Assembly: GCA_951406725.2 (NCBI GenBank)
Contig: OX597825.1
Span: 84,754,001-84,818,000, forward strand
DNA from: Octopus vulgaris
Lineage: Eukaryota
DNA length: 64,000 nt
Reading direction: 5' to 3'
Part shown: in pieces, positions 57,031 to 64,000 of the stretch
How positions within the stretch are numbered: the stretch's first letter is position 1
Layout: every line of letters begins with the position of its first letter
Notes under the pieces: model-generated
The model's input: the letters and a program-made list of their open reading frames with translations, nothing else
Told to the model about the DNA's origin: nothing
The model's database searches: none
Made by a program: the position numbers and the translations under genes

Positions 57031-58644
57031 GGTAGGATTAAATACAGTCACATATAGAACCTAAAACATAAAAATGTCACTTAATAAAAAGATATAATCC
57101 TTTTCAAGTTAAATAAACAATGTTTTATGAGGTATCTATTTACTTCGGTCGTGTTTACACACACACATATATATATGTGTGTGTATGTATTCACCCCGCC
57201 ACACACAGACACAGAGACACACACATACACGCACGCACACACACGCACGCACACACACGCACGCACACACACACACACACACACGCGCGCGCAAATGCAC
57301 GCATGCGCTGCACCCCGGTATGATTTACAAAATAATTTTCCTTTTACTAAAATGGATTGAAAACATTTCATGGCAAAAGCGAAACCTGTCGAGCGGTTTT
57401 ATATTTTGTCCTATGAAATATATAAATACTTTCTGTATATTTTCCCTCCTTTTATATTTTTACAGTATAATTCACTACGAGGAGGAAATCTTTGCAACGA
57501 AGCTTTGCTCTTTTGTGTGTTTGCGCACGGCTTTGCGTGCGCGTGTTGTGTATGTGGTGTGTATGTGTATGTGTATATATATTCACGTTTCCTTGACTAT
57601 ATGGCTGGATAAACAAAAATTATCCGATTGCTTAGATATCAGATTAAAATACTTCCTGCGATGGATTTGATAGACTAAACCTTTCAAAATGGTTCCACAC
57701 CATGGATGCTGTCCTGCGATAAATAAATGACGAAGAAAATAACACTATAAAATTGTTTGTGAATGCGTGTTTAAAAATTATTACATACCTGTAATATCTG
57801 CTAAGGTATTTTATATTTCTTCTCTACCAACTGAAGGTTATTAGAGGTTTCCTTCGCGTTCCGAGCCTCAATATATAGACGCATAAATATAGCACCAGTT
57901 AAGTTAGTCCTGTTTTTTTAATTTTGACACCCATTGCCGTAAGACATATAAAATACTTGTTTTATACTTTTTTTGTAGTTATTGTGTAATACATGAAATG
58001 TTTGACTTGGCATTTCTGAAGAATAAATATGAATTGAAATTTTTTTCCGAATGGAGTGTTGGCTGTGATATATTATTGATTACAAAACAATAAAAATTAT
58101 GTTAGTTTATTTTGCGTCTTATTGTAGAATATGTGTGAACTTCACAGAATTTTAACTGTGGATTGCGATGCTGAATTGAATGTGTCTGGTGTCGGTTGAG
58201 TGTTATGCCCCGTGGGGCTATTTCCGTCTGCAATCATTATATATCAGCACTGTGTTTGTGGCTGGAAATAACATCGTAATTAACAGACGATGATGTTATT
58301 AACACTGTATATTTATTATTTTTCTGAGAAATGATGGAAACAATTAAAAATATTAATTATAAATGAAAATAATTTTAATTCTCTTAAACATTGACACAAA
58401 ATAGTGTTTTATTGATTTATTTCTGTTTTGCTGCCTTTCATTTCTCTACAAGATACACGTTATAGCAACAAAGAGCAACAGGCTCTGCTCTCTGACTTTC
58501 TCGCCTCCGCACAGAGCAGGATTTAACAATACCTAAGCATTTTAACATTAAACTTCTCTTTAAAGATGAAGAAACTTGCATTAATACAAAGAAACATCGG
58601 GGATTAACGTGTACAGGTGTAGTGTATTGGATTTAGACTGAGTT

Positions 58645-58872
58645 GGTGAGCTGGCAAAAACGTTAGCACGCCGGGCGAAATGCTAAGCGGTATTTCGTCT
58701 ACCGTTACGTTCTGAGTTCAAATTGCGCCGAGGTAGACTTTGCCTTTCATCCTTTCGAGGTCGATAAATTAAGTACCAGTTACACACTGGGGTCGATATG
58801 ATCGACTTAATCCGTCTGTCTGTCCGTGTTTGTCTCCTCTGTGTTTAGCCCCTTGTGGGTAGTAAATAAATA
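58645..58872 (+). mobile_element. SINE family A monomer with TSD
   Basis: Full head, core and tail. GATTTAGACT at 58630-58639 and 58874-58883. Confidence 0.9.
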
Positions 58873-59621
58873 AGATTTAGACTCATTCATTTTTAAAATA
58901 AAACTATCTTATAGTTAATATGTCGTTATAATTTAAAAATAAGTGTCCCTAGTTCGTGGCCTGTAAGTCAAAATTTACATATCCAGACATATAACGTCTC
59001 ATAACGATTGTTAATCAAAGCGATGAAACAGATTGTGGATATAAATAAACAAATATTAATCTGTGGCATGTTATTAATAGACGAATGAATTTAAATCTGA
59101 CAAAACGTTGATGAGAATAACGAATGATGAAGCTGAATGGCAACCTCAACAATCACCTCAGTCTTTCAATGTCTCCAAATATAATAACCTCTGAGATTCG
59201 CTCTCTCATTCTTTAATCAATCTAGAATATTTAAAAATTTCTGTGATTGATAAAAATAAACTATACATTCTCTTATCAAACTAGGCACTTATTTTAATAA
59301 ACTATACACGATCAATTTATCAGATCATTATATATACAACATGTGTATGTGTATGTGATTTCCAATCAAGATTTCATAAGTTGCATTGATAATATTCTGT
59401 ACGCATAAAGTTTAGATATATCGATCGATCTGTATTTCGTGACTTTTAATAGATTAATATATCTAAAAAAAAAAAATGCTACCGCAATGGAAACAATCGT
59501 TGGATTGTATTATGAAATCGTCGAATAAAAATGTGATATTCTCACACAAACACACCCACACACAATCACACCCACAGCCACAAACACACACAGAACACAC
59601 ACATACACACACACATACACA

Positions 59622-59717
<96 letters not shown>

Positions 59718-59732
59718 GTGAGTTAGCAGAAA

Positions 59733-59928
59733 AGGCGGCGAGCTGGCAGAAACGTTAGCACTCCGGGTGAAATCTTACGTTCTGATTTCAAATTCCACCG
59801 AGGTGGACTTTGCTTTTGATCCTTCGGGGACGATAAATTAAGTACCAGTTGTGTACTGGGGTCGATCTAATTAATCGGCTTTCTCCCTCCCCCAAAATCT
59901 CGCCGCGCCTTGTGCCTAGAGTAGGAAA

Positions 59929-59931
<3 letters not shown>
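59733..59931 (+). mobile_element. SINE family A (short-tail type) within (TA)n
   Basis: GGCGGCGAGCTGGCAGAAACG..core..CCTTGTGCCTAGAGTAGGAAAGAAT. Confidence 0.85.
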
Positions 59932-59995
<64 letters not shown>

Positions 59996-60880
59996 CAGTG
60001 TGCATTTTATAAATAGAGCCAAAGCCCTCCCGTGTCAGGAGCCTTTACATTTGTTTATTCCGTTTCTGTGGCGTGAATTTTGTTTCTTCTGGACGGAACA
60101 CAGTCCCGTCGCATAATTACTCACTTCTGCCGGTGGAGTAAACTGGAGTAAAATGCTATGAAGTGTTTTGCAGATAGGCAAAACGCTTCGTCGGCTCAAT
60201 AGATCGAAACGCAATCTCACTATCACGTGTGCACCTTCTTAGCTGCTAATTCACACAACTTCAGATTTTGTAGATGTGGGTGTCATAATTGTTGAAGTTT
60301 GAAAATGCATATTTGTGTATTAATTAAATGATTACTATTTAATAGCTATTCCTCGTTTTATGTTATTATGAATAATCTAATTTATTCAATATAAACAGTA
60401 AATAAATTTCATGTATCCGACTGTGTTATTGTTGCTACTAAATTCTATATTAATATTTAGGAAATGTTTCCAATTGTTTCCACCATAGAAGCTACGCTCT
60501 CATCAACTAAGTATTATCCAGCTCTCTATCAAATTGTCCGTATCGCTATGTGATTCGGAAATTATCGAGATATCATAGACGCAGCGATGATAATAAATTA
60601 TTATCTTAAAAGACAAACAAACAATAATACAATGGTTCATGAAAATAATTGAAACAAAACAAAATGAAACCATTTACCAAATATCCGTCTTTGTTTCGTT
60701 GGAATTCCTGCGTATTAATGATAGGAATATGTTTCATAAAAATGTGAGAGATCTGAACCTGGGAACAAATTCTTTAACACCACACAATAGGAATATTGAC
60801 GTCAAACACCAGATATGTATTGTAAATGACAAAACTAGACAATAATATACCCTGTAAATATCGGTATATTACGGGGTAGC

Positions 60881-61114
60881 AAGGCGACGAGCTGGCAGAA
60901 ACATTAGCACACCGAGTGAAATGCGTAGCCGTATTTCGTCTGCCGTTACGTTCTGAGTTCGAATTCCGCGGAGGTTGACTTTACCTTTCGTCCTTTCGGG
61001 GTCGATTAAATAAGTACCAGTTACGCAATGGGGTCGATTTAATCAACTTAATCCGTTTGTCTGTCTTTGTTTGTTCTCTCTGTGTTTAGCCCCTTGTGGG
61101 GGAGGAGAGAAATA
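60881..61114 (+). mobile_element. SINE family A monomer with perfect 18-bp TSD
   Basis: GGTATATTACGGGGTAGC at 60863-60880 and 61115-61132. Confidence 0.92.
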
Positions 61115-61379
61115 GGTATATTACGGGGTAGCGGGAACCACAGAATTGTGTTTAAAATCAACTATGGTGGTTGTGGATCTCCGTCACTTAACGATAACGA
61201 TCAAGCTGTTCGACCAACTGAATTATCTGCCCTGAATTAAAATCTTTCTGGCTTCCCGTCTGTCTGCCTCTCTGTCTCTCTCGCTCTTGCTCGCTCATTT
61301 GCATACACAGGGGAAAATAAGATCCCCATGCTTACATGTTTATCTGTGATATGGTTTATCTATCTACATAAATGGCAAT

Positions 61380-61620
61380 TTTTGTCTGTGTGTGCTTGTG
61401 AATTTGTTACTGTAACTCCTCTGAGACTATCCAACCAATTTTGATGATGCTTGGCACGTGCTGATGGATGGCTTGTGCCCATAATTTTTAATCAGCAAGG
61501 ATTTTTCAAAAATCAGTATATTTCAATGGAAATTCTCATAGGGATGTTATTTTCTGCCAAAAATTTTAAAGTGTTCAACCGATTTTCTTGAAATTTGTTA
61601 CTCAGAGGGAATATGCACTA
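61380..61620. mobile_element. Possible Helentron/DINE-like non-autonomous fragment
   Basis: Recurrent CAACC(A/G)ATTTT..TGA..(C/T)TTG motifs (61433, 61576) after a TGTCTGTGTG tract, resembling HINE-type cores. Confidence 0.35.
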
Positions 61621-61711
61621 AGACAAATATATGCTTTTAACCCCATGATTAAAAGCGTATATGAGAAAAAAGTCAAGGTAGAAAATGCTGAAATAAATTA
61701 ATAAAATACAT

Positions 61712-61751
61712 TTCAGTACCGGTTTCAAACATTGAGGCATTTTCAACTGAA
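61712..61751 (-). ncRNA. Minimal hammerhead-like motif, U3-A8 core variant
   Basis: Minus strand reads TTCAG-TTGAAAA-tgcctcaatgttt-GAAA-CCGG-TA-CTGAA: 5-bp stem I, palindromic stem III ACCGGT, stem II poorly paired. Confidence 0.45.
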
Positions 61752-61764
61752 CCTCTCCACAAAA

Positions 61765-62008
61765 AAATCCAAATTTTATTACTTTCCTTTGCAGGAAGGA
61801 CTCTTTCAAAGAAGTCGCGTCTTATCAGTTACTTTCGAAACGCGTAGTAGACGAAACAGGGGCAACTGAAGAAGGGGAATATTCCTTGTGTTGTATGTCT
61901 TGTACTCTGTTTTTTCGTTGTTTGAAAAATGGCCGTTTCCATGTTTTTGTTTTTATATTTTCGTTTCTCATTGTGTTCAAAGTTTTTTTGGTGTCCTGTA
62001 CCCAAATA
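61765..62008 (-). mobile_element. Family P2 copy
   Basis: GAAGTCGCGTCTT..ACTTTCGAAACGCG..CAACTGAAGAAGGGG..TTTCCATGTTT..GTCCTGTACCCA, homologous to 49200-49408. Confidence 0.75.
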
Positions 62009-62157
62009 TGCATGTATTTATACATATAGATGTAAGTATGTATATACATGTACGTATACATGCATATGTTTATATATTATTTTGTAGTTATATGATCGAA
62101 CGCAACGCATACACTTCCGAGTAAGTTCTATCTATCTATCTTTCTATCTTTCTATCT

Positions 62158-62206
<49 letters not shown>

Positions 62207-62687
62207 CAAACACTTGCATGCATTATATGATAATATTTGATGCATGTGTATATATAGTTTCGTGTATATTTTTTGTAGTGGTTTATGGTCCTAAGCTCAA
62301 CAGACAACGATTACTGATTCCACCTGACTTTCAAAAGCGTTGCGATACCAAAGGCAAGTTTCTCGTGATTCGCCAACTTACCAAACAAACATCATTACAA
62401 GCGATCGTTACGTACACTACGCACATGCAAAATCCATCCGCAAACACATACACACACGCGCATATTCAGAGTGATGCACATACAAATACACACATACACA
62501 CACACCCACACACTAGCACACAAATACAAACACACAATCAGTAGGAAAGACAAGTGAACAGGTGATTTTATTTCATTTCGCTTGAAGGAATTTACTCTCG
62601 GATCAGGATAGATTTTACGTTTTTCTGTTCATTTATTTATATATAATCTTCTTACACTTCTCCAATGGTGCGACATTCAAAATCAGC

Positions 62688-62739
<52 letters not shown>

Positions 62740-62829
62740 CTAAGTATATAAGCGTGTATGCGTGTGTAAATAAGTGTACATATATAAACATATGTATGTG
62801 ATTGTGTGTGTGTGTTTCTGTGTGTGTGA

Positions 62830-62868
<39 letters not shown>

Positions 62869-63728
62869 GACACACAGACATATGCATGCATATGAACATG
62901 TAAGGCAAGGCTATTCTGCAAGTGTGTAGCGATATCTATTAATTATGCATATATTAATAACTGCCACAATGATGAATGTATGTATAAACTGCAGCGTATT
63001 CCAGATATTCATAATAGAAACACGTATACAATTAATGCCTAACTAATTTGATTACGTATCAATTGATATCTCCGGTGGGAAAGAGAGAGATGGGAGGGAA
63101 GAGAGAAAGAGGGAGGAGATAGAGAAAGAAGACAAGGAGAGAAAGAGAGAGATAGATATTTACATAGATACTTAGATAGATAGATAGATAGATAGATAGA
63201 TTCATAAATATATATAGAGAGAGTGAAAGGTAGAGCGTTAATGAAATTGACTCTTAAGTTATAATAATGAATATTAAATTATATAATCCCACTTGATAAC
63301 AAGACAACTACTACTACAACTAATAATAATGATAATAGTAATAATAATAATGATGATGATGATGATGATGACGATGATGATGATGATGATGATGATGATA
63401 ATTTAGTACCAGTGTTTCACTGGTACTACTATTACTACTACTACTAATAAAATTAAGCACCAGATGGATCGACGCAGCCATATGTATATGTATGCAGGCA
63501 TGCATAAAAGTAATCCAATGCAAATGAACACAGCCGACTATTTATGGAGGTAATTAAATAGGGTGTTACTGGAGCTATTCCCTAAACATTTTCTTGTTAA
63601 ATTGCCTGCAACTCGAATAGCCTTTACCTTTTCCATTTTGTTAATTTCTAACATTTTACATTCTTCCCATTTCTCATTCTAAAACCCTGCAATTTTCTCG
63701 CATAGCATCTTTCTCTCCGGAATATTTA

Positions 63729-63965
<237 letters not shown>

Positions 63966-64000
63966 ATATGTATGCATGTATGTATGTAATCCACACATTC

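Noticed and set aside
60848-60878. TACCCTGTAAATAT..TATATTACGGGGTA hairpin resembling the miR-10 5' end
   Set aside because: Only the first 9 nt match miR-10, the stem is far too short for a pre-miRNA, and the 3' arm is a SINE TSD.

Overview
AT-rich eukaryotic, non-coding window with no recognisable host protein-coding gene, rRNA or true tRNA. It is probably a gene desert or a very large intron. The density of (TA)n, (CA)n, (TAGA)n, (AAT)n and (GAA)n microsatellites and the tRNA-derived SINE families resemble an octopus/coleoid cephalopod genome (inference, not verified). Nearly all ORFs in the supplied track are microsatellite artefacts. The only protein-like sequences are decayed transposon remnants: a near-full mariner (~27.7-28.9 kb), a mariner 3' end (8.3-8.45 kb), a Tc1 N-terminus (56.7-57.0 kb), and RTE, CR1-like and R4/Dong-like LINE 3' fragments. 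There are also many SINE copies (several with target-site duplications, some concatemeric) and several MITEs. The most interesting signal is a set of short non-coding elements in or beside (TA)n arrays with partial-tandem and fold-back architecture, the pattern known for Penelope-like elements and retrozymes. The best preserved one (26752-27645) carries a minimal type I hammerhead ribozyme motif. A second hammerhead-like motif with a compensatory U3-A8 core lies at 61712-61751, and several more decayed ones occur. Candidate cis-regulatory sites include a paired CRE, a CTCF-like motif and a CArG+YY1 pair. All calls were made by eye and coordinates of decayed repeats are approximate.
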